Virus record (IMG/VR): IMGVR_UViG_3300049174_000045
Location: 1-40,907 of that record
Direction: 5' to 3' (one strand)
DNA: 40,907 bases
From: a virus
Lineage: Duplodnaviria > Caudoviricetes
A program made the position numbers and the translations under genes. Shown here one piece after another: positions 16,939-26,031 of the stretch (positions are counted from its first letter, which is position 1; every line of letters starts with the position of its first letter). The notes under the pieces were generated by a model, which did not search any database, was not told where the DNA came from, and worked only from the letters and a program-made list of their open reading frames with translations.

Positions 16939-17865
16939 ATGTCCGAGAACCTGTTCAAGCTATTCGTCACGCAGTTTTCCAGCATCCTCAAGCTGAAGCT
17001 GCAGCAGGAGCAATCCATGCTGCGCGGCCGGGTGACGGAAGGCGCACACTTCGGCAAACAGGCCTCGCCGATCCAGTACATCGGCGCAATCCAGATGAAG
17101 GCTCCGGCAGGCCGATTTGCGCCGCTGCAACGCCAGGACGTCGATTTCACCCGGCGCTGGGTGTTTCCGGTCGACAAGGAGGCAGTCCAGCTCATCGACC
17201 GGTTCGACGAGGAGAAGTTGATCGCCGGCCTGCAGGACCCGACCTCGCAGTATTCGAATGTCGCCGCCGCTGCCGTCGCCCGCGAATGGGACGACCGGCT
17301 GATCGGCGCCGCCTTCGCGACCGCGCAGATCGGCGCCGACGCAGGTGGCCTCTCGTCCGAGACATTCAACACGTCGCTGTTCTCGATCGCGGCGAACTTC
17401 AACGCCTCGGCGAACGTCGGCCTGACGGTCGCGAAGATGATCGAAGCCAAGCGCATCATGCGCAAGGCACAGGTTCCGGTCGACACGGAACAGATGACCT
17501 GGGTCACCAACAGCCAGGGCGAGAGCGATCTGCTCAACCAAGTGACGGTGGTCTCGTCCGACTTCAACGATCGGCCGATCCTCACCGATGGCAAGGTCAC
17601 CCGCTTCATGGGCATGGACATCTGCTATTCGGAGCGCCTGACCTCATCGTCGAATATCCGGCAGAACATCATGTTCGTGAAATCCGGCATCTATCTCGGT
17701 GTCTGGAAGGATGTCGAGAACCGGGTAGCGCAGCGCGAGGACCTGTCGAGCATCCCCTATCAGCTCTGGACTGGCATGTCGTCGGGCGCGACGCGGCTCG
17801 AGCCGGGCCGGCTGCTGCAGGTGCTCTGCGCCGATACCTCGGCCGCCGCCGATGTGACGCCGTAA
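16939..17865 (+). CDS. major capsid protein (Bbp17-like)
   Basis: FVTQFSS..KLKLQQEQSMLR, DPTSQY, SSDFN..LTDG.V.RFMG, GATRLE motifs; synteny. Confidence 0.9.
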   Translation: MSENLFKLFVTQFSSILKLKLQQEQSMLRGRVTEGAHFGKQASPIQYIGAIQMKAPAGRFAPLQRQDVDFTRRWVFPVDKEAVQLIDRFDEEKLIAGLQDPTSQYSNVAAAAVAREWDDRLIGAAFATAQIGADAGGLSSETFNTSLFSIAANFNASANVGLTVAKMIEAKRIMRKAQVPVDTEQMTWVTNSQGESDLLNQVTVVSSDFNDRPILTDGKVTRFMGMDICYSERLTSSSNIRQNIMFVKSGIYLGVWKDVENRVAQREDLSSIPYQLWTGMSSGATRLEPGRLLQVLCADTSAAADVTP

Positions 17866-17875
17866 GGGGGCCGGG

Positions 17876-18091
17876 ATGGCGAGCCATTTCGTCAGCCTCA
17901 ATCGTGGTCAGGAGGGCTTCCAGTTCTCCGACTTCACCACTGGTGCCGCCACGAGTGGCGCCGTGATCGAGCTCCGGCTTGATGATGCTTCGAACTTCAC
18001 GCAGCTCGAGGTCGTCAAGGCGATCGAGGCATTCCAGCGATTTTTCGAGAACCGGCAGCAATTCAATCCCGCCGGCTTCGTCGTCGGTTGA
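17876..18091 (+). CDS. small virion-associated protein
   Basis: Follows MCP; AAGGGG RBS. Confidence 0.7.
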   Translation: MASHFVSLNRGQEGFQFSDFTTGAATSGAVIELRLDDASNFTQLEVVKAIEAFQRFFENRQQFNPAGFVVG

Positions 18092-18105
18092 GGTAGGAGA
18101 GCCAC

Positions 18106-18669
18106 ATGGCTACGGAAGCACTCAAGTCGAATCCGATCGTCAACCTCGACGCGTCGCCGATGGTGCAGAACACCACGGGCGAGGGCCAGGATGCGATGAT
18201 GCGGACCGCAAATGGTCACGTCGCGAGCACCGCGGGTGTCACCACCGGTTCGACCTATCGCCTGGTTCGCATTCCGACGATCGCCAAGGTCAAGCGTGTT
18301 CTGCTCACCAATGCGGCGCAGGGCGCGACCGGCGCGGTCGATATCGACGTGGCATTCTCGGATGCACCAATCGAAAGCGCGGCCTACCAAGGATTTGCAG
18401 GTGGCATCGTGCAGATCACCGGCCCGGTCGACAACAAGCTGTTCGGCGCCGCGACCGCGATTACGGCTGCCGGCAAGAATACCGATGTGACCTTCGGCAA
18501 CACGTTCACGACCGATCATCAGAACCTTCCGCTGTGGCAGGTGCTCGTGAACCTCGGCGCGACGCAATTCACCACCGATCCGGGCGGCTTCTTCGACATC
18601 GTGCTGAAGTCCACGGCGACGCTGGCGAATGGCGGTGATATTGCGATCGAGGTGGATTACGCGGTCTAG
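18106..18669 (+). CDS. putative capsid decoration/cement protein
   Basis: Beta-rich; GSTYRLVRIP; synteny with BPP-1-type Bbp16. Confidence 0.65.
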   Translation: MATEALKSNPIVNLDASPMVQNTTGEGQDAMMRTANGHVASTAGVTTGSTYRLVRIPTIAKVKRVLLTNAAQGATGAVDIDVAFSDAPIESAAYQGFAGGIVQITGPVDNKLFGAATAITAAGKNTDVTFGNTFTTDHQNLPLWQVLVNLGATQFTTDPGGFFDIVLKSTATLANGGDIAIEVDYAV

Positions 18670-18672
18670 CCG

Positions 18673-18885
18673 ATGGCGCAGAACACGTTCATTAATGTCA
18701 CAGTTGATCCGGCGGCTTCCAAGAAGCCTGATCGCACCGATCATGTCCACACGGTCGTCACCGGAACGTCGGCGACGGGTGATCTCACAGTCTCGTTCGA
18801 CAGCACGAAGGTGACTGGCCTCTCGATCCTTGACTCGCTGCTGGCTTCCGCGCGCATCAGGGCTGCCGGCACCGGCCTGAAATGA
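18673..18885 (+). CDS. small structural hypothetical protein
   Basis: ORF track; operon context. Confidence 0.65.
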   Translation: MAQNTFINVTVDPAASKKPDRTDHVHTVVTGTSATGDLTVSFDSTKVTGLSILDSLLASARIRAAGTGLK

Positions 18886-18893
18886 GGTAACCC

Positions 18894-19232
18894 ATGGCAA
18901 CCTCGGCCGAATATACCTATGTCTCTTCCGTGGCCAAAGCGGAAGGCGTGCGGCAGACCGCAAAGGCCGCGGCATTCACGACGAACCAGGTGAACGGCAT
19001 CATCCCGCCGGCCAACCTCGCCGCCTACGTCACGGCGATCGAGGCGGCGGACAATGCCTTCGTGACTTCGCTCAATGCGGCGGCGAGCACCGCGGGCGCC
19101 GTGGGCACTGTGGTCGGCGGACAGACAGGGGCGGCCGGGCAGGCATTCATTCCCAGCGTGACGCTCGGCGGGGCCTTTGCGGGCGACGGACCGATACGCG
19201 GCAACACGGCGACGTTCGGATCGATCGGATGA
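18894..19232 (+). CDS. Ala-rich hypothetical protein
   Basis: GAGGT RBS; KAEGVRQ motif shared with the next gene. Confidence 0.7.
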   Translation: MATSAEYTYVSSVAKAEGVRQTAKAAAFTTNQVNGIIPPANLAAYVTAIEAADNAFVTSLNAAASTAGAVGTVVGGQTGAAGQAFIPSVTLGGAFAGDGPIRGNTATFGSIG

Positions 19233-19444
19233 GTGCAGGCAACAGCGGCGTCAAGACGCATGACGACACGGTCAACAAGAACGAGGGCATCCGCCAGGCG
19301 GCGGCAGCCGGCGCGACGCAATCTGCCATCATTACGGCCGAAATTGCCTTCTATCGCGCCTGTGTGAAGTCGGGGCTGGCGAACAACTGCGGCGTCGAGC
19401 CATTCATGCAAGTATTGCGCACGTTGGGGGTCGGTGGCCAATGA
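19229..19444 (+). CDS. hypothetical protein, probable paralog of the preceding gene
   Basis: KNEGIRQAAA; ATGA coupling. Confidence 0.65.
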   Translation: MSAGNSGVKTHDDTVNKNEGIRQAAAAGATQSAIITAEIAFYRACVKSGLANNCGVEPFMQVLRTLGVGGQ

Positions 19445-19890
19445 AACGTGTCCTTGCAGTTGTCGGCCTCATCACTGCCGTCGGCCTCGGCGGTGTGCAT
19501 GCCCAGGTTCCCCCGGTCGGCACCGGCGGCGTGGGCGGCGCAATCCAGATTTCGGCCTCTTCCGGCAACGTGGCGGCGGCGACGGCAACCGCGACGCTGG
19601 CGGCGGGCGGCGGCAACAAGATCACCTATATCTGCGGCTTTCAGGCGACCGCCGGCGGCGCGACCGCCGCCGCGGTCGTCACGCTCACTGTCACGAACCT
19701 CGTGACCGGAACGATGAGTTTCACCTATGGCGCCAATACCGGCGTCGGCATTCCGACCGCGCCGCTGGTCATTCCATTCAATCCGTGCCTTCCCGCGAAC
19801 GCAGCCAATACGACGATCGTCGTCTCGATGCCAAGTCTTGGGGCGGGCAACACCAACGCCACCGTGAGCGCCTGGGGCTATCAGCGGTAA
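19441..19890 (+). CDS. signal-peptide-bearing beta-rich protein
   Basis: MKRVLAVVGLITAVGLGGVHA|QV Sec signal; two Cys. Confidence 0.75.
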   Translation: MKRVLAVVGLITAVGLGGVHAQVPPVGTGGVGGAIQISASSGNVAAATATATLAAGGGNKITYICGFQATAGGATAAAVVTLTVTNLVTGTMSFTYGANTGVGIPTAPLVIPFNPCLPANAANTTIVVSMPSLGAGNTNATVSAWGYQR

Positions 19891-19903
19891 GGGTGCGTTG
19901 CTG
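19891..19903 (+). promoter_or_regulatory. phage promoter motif copy 5
   Basis: GGGTGCG-TTGCTG-N17-CAACGT-N6-ATG. Confidence 0.7.
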
Positions 19904-19932
19904 CATAGGAGCGGCGGCGTCAACGTGCCACC

Positions 19933-21246
19933 ATGGGCCGCTTTCTTTTTCCCGTCGACATCGCGAACCGGGGCCTGCAACATGTCGGGTCGACCCGGAT
20001 CGACCAGGCGCTCGGGTTTACAGAGAACAGCAAGCCCGCAGCCGAATGCGCATCGGTTTACGATCAACTGCGCCGCTCCGAGCTCCAGCGCAATACTTGG
20101 CGGTTTGCGATCAGGGAAGCCGTCATCCGGCCGATCGATCCGACCTCGATGCTGCTCACTCCTGCGCTATGGTCGATGTTCACGACCTATTTCGTCGGCT
20201 CAATCGTCGCCGACCAGACCGGCACGATATGGATCTCCAACCAGGCCGACAATCTTGGCAATGATCCGCTGAGCACCATAGCCTGGGACGAGTATTTCGG
20301 TCCGCTGACGGTACAGCCATGGGATACGTCTGGAACTACGGCCTATCGCGCCGGCGAGCTCGTCTACACATTCGCGGGCGGCGGCACGAACCGGGTCTAT
20401 CTCTCGCTACTCGACGGCAACAGCGACAATCCGGCGACCGCGACCGCATGGAGCTCGGCCGTCACATATTTCAAAAACCAGGTCGTGACCAAATCGGCGA
20501 CACCGTATATGAGCCGGATCGACCTCAATCTCAACCAGGACCCGGCGACGACCTTCGTGGCCGATTGGGCCATCGGCACGACCTATGCGATCACCAACAA
20601 GGTGACCGGCTCGGACGGCGTGATCTACCAGTCGATCGGCAACGGCAACATCGGCAACAATCCGGTGAGCGACGGCGGCATCCACTGGACGAATACAGGC
20701 GTGCTGTCGCCATGGGATACGACATTTGTGGCCGGTCTTGGATCGCTCAACTGGCGACAGATCGGCGGTGCCGAGTTCCCGGCCGGTGTGACATTGCGGC
20801 CATTGAACCTGGTCTATGCTCCAGGCACCGGCCCATCGACGCAGACGACGACGCAGAATGTCTACAGGCTGCCGGCAAATTTCCTGCGCGAGGCGCCGCA
20901 AGATCCAAAGGCCGGCATCGTCTCGGTGCTTGGCGCTCCTGGCAATCGGATGGCCGACGACTGGGAGTTCCAGGATCAATTCCTCGTCACGAGAAATTCG
21001 GACCCGATCAACCTGCGTTTTGTGGCCGATGTCGTCGATGTCGGGCGTATGGATGACATGTTTTGTGAAGGTCTCGGCGCACGCATCGGCTATGAAGTAT
21101 GCGAGGCGCTGACACAGTCGACCGCCAAGGAGAACGCCTGCGCGCAGGCCTATCAGCGTTTCATGGGCGAGGCGCGCATTTCGAATGCAGTCCTGATCGG
21201 GGTGGACTTGCCGCCGCTCGATGACTGGATCGCCTGTAGGGCCTGA
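19933..21246 (+). CDS. tail tubular protein A / adaptor with inserted CBM-like repeats
   Basis: DIANRGLQHVG...YDQLRRSEL..NTWRFA N-terminus; YRLPANFLR...DDMFCEGL C-terminus. Confidence 0.8.
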   Translation: MGRFLFPVDIANRGLQHVGSTRIDQALGFTENSKPAAECASVYDQLRRSELQRNTWRFAIREAVIRPIDPTSMLLTPALWSMFTTYFVGSIVADQTGTIWISNQADNLGNDPLSTIAWDEYFGPLTVQPWDTSGTTAYRAGELVYTFAGGGTNRVYLSLLDGNSDNPATATAWSSAVTYFKNQVVTKSATPYMSRIDLNLNQDPATTFVADWAIGTTYAITNKVTGSDGVIYQSIGNGNIGNNPVSDGGIHWTNTGVLSPWDTTFVAGLGSLNWRQIGGAEFPAGVTLRPLNLVYAPGTGPSTQTTTQNVYRLPANFLREAPQDPKAGIVSVLGAPGNRMADDWEFQDQFLVTRNSDPINLRFVADVVDVGRMDDMFCEGLGARIGYEVCEALTQSTAKENACAQAYQRFMGEARISNAVLIGVDLPPLDDWIACRA

Positions 21247-21248
21247 CA

Positions 21249-23837
21249 ATGCCGGGCGCCTCATGGGTCCAAAGTAGTTTTCTCGGTGGCGAGTGGTCGA
21301 ATACCGCGCAGGGCCGGATCGACGATCCGGCCTACGAAATCGCGCTCAATGTCTGTCTCAATTCCTTGCCGATCGAATCAGGCGCATGGACGCGGCGGCC
21401 CGGCACGATGCACGCCATGCCGACGCGCATCGGCGCGCCGGGGCGTGTGATCAGCTTCAATTTCCAGCAGGCAGCCGCCTACACGATCGAATTCACCAAT
21501 CAGCACATGCGTTTTCGCAGTGGCGCGACGTTGGTCACGACAAACGACAGCATGCAGGTTGCCTCGATCTCGACCGCTAATCCGGCTGTCGTGCAGCTCA
21601 ATTCATCCGTAACATGGTCGACGAATGATCAGGCCTATTTCACGGCTCTTGGAACAACCGCGCCGACACTGCAGAACCGTGTCGTCATTCTGACGCAGAT
21701 CGATACGACGCACTTTTCCATTGCGGACGGCATCAGTGGGTTGCCAATTGATGGCTCGACACTTGGTTGGGTCACCACTCCCGGTACCACGCTCAACCGC
21801 ATTCTCGATATCCCGATCTCTTACGACAACGGCACGTGGCAGAACATCCGCCCGGTGCAGGCCGAATTGACGATGTATCTGATCGATGGATCAGGTATGA
21901 CCAAACCGCAGGTATTGACAGCGACGCCGCCGACCGGGCCGCAGCAATTCGCGACGTTCTCCCTGGCGAACGAAAATTTTCTGGATGGTCCTTATCTCGA
22001 TGCAGTGCCGGGCGACAATCGCCGATCCGCACTGACGATCCAGGGTGATGGCAGCTTCCTGGTTACGACCGGTAAAATTCCGGACCCACGCCGTGCGGTG
22101 CTGACTGCAAAGGACGTCGGCCGATATGTGCGGCTGTTCAACGAGCCGCCGAGCTGGCCCGGCCCGGGGGCGGTTGTCAAAGGCACTGTTTACACGCTTT
22201 ACGGTCAGACCACCGATACCGCAACATATTGGCTGTGCCTCACCACTGCTGCAACGACCAAGCCAGGTGGTAGTTTGACCGATTGGCAGGCAGTTCCCGC
22301 GGATCAGAATGTCGTCTGGTCCTGGGGCGTTATCACGGGCATCGTTCCGCCCGGTGACAGGTTCTCGGTATCATTCGTGGTGGGTTTGTTATATGGCACA
22401 GTCGGCACGCAGATTAACACTTGGCGGCTCGGTGTCTATTCGGACGAAGTCGGATGGCCGACCATCGGAGTCTATCATGAGGGGCGGCTATGGCTCGGCG
22501 GCGCCATCCCGAACCGAGTCGATGCGTCGCAATCGAACCTTACGAATTCATTCGCACCGACCGATATCATCGGCAATGTGAACGCTGACAATGCGATCAG
22601 TTATACATTCCTGTCCGACAACGTGAATCCGATCCTGTGGATGCAGAGCGACGACCGCGGCGTCATCTGCGGGACACAAAGCGCGGAGTTTCTGATCTCG
22701 GCGACGACGCAGAATCTCGCGCTGTCGCCGACGAATATCCAGGCGCATCCGGTCACGCATTACGGCTCGGCCGCGGTTCAGCCGCGCCGCGCCGGCGGGC
22801 CAATCATCTTCGTCAAACGCTTTGCCCGCACGCTGTTGGAATACTTTCCCGATGTGTTCTCGGGCCGGATGGCTGCGCCGAACCTGACGCGGGACTCGCG
22901 CCACCTCACGCAGTCATTCATCAGGGAGATCGCCTATCAGCAGGAATTGTCGCCGAACATCTGGGCACGGCGCGGCGACCAGGTTCTCGTGGGCTGGGCC
23001 TACAAGCGCGACAACTTGATGTCGTCGCAAGGCCCATCCTTCATCGGCGGGCACAGACATTTGCTCGGTTCCGGTCGTGGTGTGGAAAGCATCACCGGTG
23101 GCCCATCGATCGGCGGCAATCTCGACACCATCACCATGATTACGAACGACTTTGCAACCAGTGTGCGCCATGTCGAGATGCTGACCGACCTGTGGGAAGA
23201 GGGCAGCCCGGTCACATCGTCCTGGTATCTCGACGATGCGGTGAGGCCGAGTTCATACACGTGGGATCTCGTCGCCAAGACTGTGACGCTCAACGGGATG
23301 TGGCATCTCAATGGCAAGTTCATCTCCGTGTTCATGGCCGGGGTAGATGCTGGCGACTATACGGTAATCAACGGCTCAGTAACGGTGCCGATCGATGGTA
23401 CGGCTAACAGTCTGTTGACGGTGCAGACTGTGCAACCGTTTCTCGCGGCGCTGCCGGCTGTGATCGGGTTCACCTACAACTCTGATGGCCAGGTGTTGCG
23501 CGGCGGCCCGCAGAAGAATTCGGGTGCCGCAACCGGTCCTGCATTCGGCAAGGTTTCGCGCGCGCACAAGATTGCGGTTCTGGTGCAGGATACGGCCGGC
23601 GGCAATGCCGGGCGGGGACTGATGTTCGGCTCATTCTTCGATCAGCTCAAGCCGGCATTGTTTCGAACTCCAAACCAGAAGCTCATCGCCGAGAATGTGC
23701 TGTTCTCCGGCGTCTACAAGACGACGGTCGACAATCCGTATACCTATGATGAGGCGCAATTATGCTGGCGGATCTCGCGGCCGTACCCGGCGACGATCGC
23801 GGCATTCTCCGCGTTCCAGATGACGCAGGACGAGTGA
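21249..23837 (+). CDS. tail tubular protein B / nozzle (T7 gp12-like)
   Basis: QSSFLGGEWS, GAWTRRPGT, YHEGRLWLG, THYGS, APNLT motifs; ISTANPAVV FCCH-like insert. Confidence 0.85.
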   Translation: MPGASWVQSSFLGGEWSNTAQGRIDDPAYEIALNVCLNSLPIESGAWTRRPGTMHAMPTRIGAPGRVISFNFQQAAAYTIEFTNQHMRFRSGATLVTTNDSMQVASISTANPAVVQLNSSVTWSTNDQAYFTALGTTAPTLQNRVVILTQIDTTHFSIADGISGLPIDGSTLGWVTTPGTTLNRILDIPISYDNGTWQNIRPVQAELTMYLIDGSGMTKPQVLTATPPTGPQQFATFSLANENFLDGPYLDAVPGDNRRSALTIQGDGSFLVTTGKIPDPRRAVLTAKDVGRYVRLFNEPPSWPGPGAVVKGTVYTLYGQTTDTATYWLCLTTAATTKPGGSLTDWQAVPADQNVVWSWGVITGIVPPGDRFSVSFVVGLLYGTVGTQINTWRLGVYSDEVGWPTIGVYHEGRLWLGGAIPNRVDASQSNLTNSFAPTDIIGNVNADNAISYTFLSDNVNPILWMQSDDRGVICGTQSAEFLISATTQNLALSPTNIQAHPVTHYGSAAVQPRRAGGPIIFVKRFARTLLEYFPDVFSGRMAAPNLTRDSRHLTQSFIREIAYQQELSPNIWARRGDQVLVGWAYKRDNLMSSQGPSFIGGHRHLLGSGRGVESITGGPSIGGNLDTITMITNDFATSVRHVEMLTDLWEEGSPVTSSWYLDDAVRPSSYTWDLVAKTVTLNGMWHLNGKFISVFMAGVDAGDYTVINGSVTVPIDGTANSLLTVQTVQPFLAALPAVIGFTYNSDGQVLRGGPQKNSGAATGPAFGKVSRAHKIAVLVQDTAGGNAGRGLMFGSFFDQLKPALFRTPNQKLIAENVLFSGVYKTTVDNPYTYDEAQLCWRISRPYPATIAAFSAFQMTQDE

Positions 23838-23840
23838 GCC

Positions 23841-24338
23841 ATGGCTGGCACATTATTCGGCGGCAGTGGCCTTAGCCTCGGTTCCGATTTTGGCGTCTCC
23901 AGCATTTTCGAAGGTTTCGGTCACGAGGCCAAGGCGAAGGGTGATTTGCTTGAGGCACAGGCTTATAGCGAGGCAGCGGGACTCGCTGATCTGAATGAAA
24001 AGTTCACTGAAGAATCAACCGCCATCAAGGACATGCAAACCCAGCGCACCATCAACAAGACGCTGGGCCAGCAGCGCGCCGATGTGGCCGGTGCCGGTTT
24101 TGCCGAGAGCGGATCGGCGCTCGATCTGCTGCGCGAATCATCAAGCCAGGGCGCGCTGCAGCGCCAAGTGTTGCAGCGCCAGGGACTCATTACCGAGGCC
24201 GGCTATCGCGAGCAAGCTGAGTCATACCGTCTGATGTCGCAGGCCGCAACCGAGGCGGCGAGCGCGGAGAAGACGGCTGCGACAGGTTCTTTCATCAGCG
24301 GCACAATAAAGGCGGTCGCCAGCGTCGCTGCGCTCTGA
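23841..24338 (+). CDS. small internal virion/ejection protein
   Basis: LGQQRADVAGAG..ESGSALDLL motif; Gly/Ala-rich termini. Confidence 0.75.
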   Translation: MAGTLFGGSGLSLGSDFGVSSIFEGFGHEAKAKGDLLEAQAYSEAAGLADLNEKFTEESTAIKDMQTQRTINKTLGQQRADVAGAGFAESGSALDLLRESSSQGALQRQVLQRQGLITEAGYREQAESYRLMSQAATEAASAEKTAATGSFISGTIKAVASVAAL

Positions 24339-24347
24339 GGATACACT

Positions 24348-26030
24348 ATGGCACAAATCGCAACATACAGCGCGCCGGAAAATCTCGGCCTGCAGCCGAC
24401 GGAAGTCGGCATCGAGGCCAAGGCCGCGGCCGCCCGGCGGCTAGAAGCGTTCTATTCGCAGATTTCAGAATCACAGGTCTCGATCGGTCGCGACATTGCT
24501 GGCATCACAAAGACGGCGGGTGATCTCTATGACAAGGTAGAGACACATCGCGAGGTCAGCCATGGCGCAGCGGCATTCTCATCGCTATTCAATAATCTCG
24601 AAACGCAATGGAATGATACCGCGAAGGGTGCCGATCCGAATGATCCGTCGGTCGCAGCGAAATTCCGCGAGACAGTACTCGAACCTGAACTAAACAAATT
24701 CCGTGCAGGTTTCACGACCGAAAAATCCCAACAGTGGGCCGAATCGCATGTCGACTCGTTGCGTCAGCATATGTTCCAGAAGACTGCGGCGGATATGTCG
24801 ACGCTCGCCGGTATCGCAGTGCAGAAGAATTACACGCAGGCATCGAACAGCCTCGCCAGTGCGGCACGCAATGATCCGTCGTCACTCGACATGGCGCTCA
24901 AGACCGCGGAGACATCGATCGGCGGTATCGTCGACTCGAGCCCGACGCTCAAGGCGAGCGATGCGGCCCGCGTGAAAGAGGAGATGCTGCAGAAGACCCA
25001 AGAGGCCATCGTCAAGTCGGCGGTGGTCGGCATGATCGAGAAGAATCCGAACATCGATTTGGCCGAAATCGAGAAGAAGTACGGCAAATACATCACCGGC
25101 CCGGAAATGCAAATGTTCCAGAAGGCCGCAAAGACGCAGGCCAAGAGTGATCTGTTGACCGAACGGCAATTGCAGCTCCACGCCCGACAGATGGCCGATC
25201 AGGATGCACATGCCGCGGCGAACAAAAACTTCTCCGACAATGTATCGATTGACGAGCAGACCAATCGTCCGATCATCAATCCGCAGTTCTTCAAAGGCGC
25301 GCTCGATATTGTGCGCAACAATCCCGGCGCGCCGAGCGCGAACCAGATCGCGCGCACGTATATCGACTGGGGCGAGCATCAGCAGAACCTCAAGGACGAG
25401 GCGATCCGCACCGATCCTATGGTCAAGGCATCGCTACTCAACGGCATGTTCGATGCCAGCAAGCCGACGACGGAGCTCGATATCCTGCGCCAGGAAGCCG
25501 ACAACAAGCTCTCCCCGCGTGACGGCACGATCCTGCGCGCCATGGTCAAGGAGATGGGGCCGAATCTCAGCAAAGACCCGATCATTCATACCGCGATCGA
25601 TGCTGCAAAGGAGCGTGTGGGCGAGACCCTGATGGTCGACGGGCATGAACGGTTCGCCAATTTCATGCAGGCGTTCCTGCCCGAATACATGCGGCAGAAG
25701 GCTGCCGGCACGCTGCCGCCGAATGCGCTCGACCTCAAGGATGAGAAATCGCTGATCCGGCAGTCGCTCAAGGCTTACGAGCCGAGCGCATCCGAGCGCA
25801 TGTACGCGCATACGCTCAAGTCGATCGGAGCAACGCCGCAGTCGCTCAACCTGACCGGGCCGGACCGAACGACGGCCGTGCAGTCAGTGCAGAACAAGCC
25901 GCCATTCGTTCCGCCACAGACATGGGAATATTCGGCCAGCCGCGACCAGTTCCGCGATCCGGCGACCGGCAAGTTTTATGATCGCGCCGGCAAAGAGGTA
26001 AAGCCCCGCGTCGTTCCGATGAGCCGCTGA
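24348..26030 (+). CDS. internal virion/ejection protein
   Basis: MAQIATY start; helical composition; synteny. Confidence 0.7.
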   Translation: MAQIATYSAPENLGLQPTEVGIEAKAAAARRLEAFYSQISESQVSIGRDIAGITKTAGDLYDKVETHREVSHGAAAFSSLFNNLETQWNDTAKGADPNDPSVAAKFRETVLEPELNKFRAGFTTEKSQQWAESHVDSLRQHMFQKTAADMSTLAGIAVQKNYTQASNSLASAARNDPSSLDMALKTAETSIGGIVDSSPTLKASDAARVKEEMLQKTQEAIVKSAVVGMIEKNPNIDLAEIEKKYGKYITGPEMQMFQKAAKTQAKSDLLTERQLQLHARQMADQDAHAAANKNFSDNVSIDEQTNRPIINPQFFKGALDIVRNNPGAPSANQIARTYIDWGEHQQNLKDEAIRTDPMVKASLLNGMFDASKPTTELDILRQEADNKLSPRDGTILRAMVKEMGPNLSKDPIIHTAIDAAKERVGETLMVDGHERFANFMQAFLPEYMRQKAAGTLPPNALDLKDEKSLIRQSLKAYEPSASERMYAHTLKSIGATPQSLNLTGPDRTTAVQSVQNKPPFVPPQTWEYSASRDQFRDPATGKFYDRAGKEVKPRVVPMSR

Positions 26031-26031
26031 C

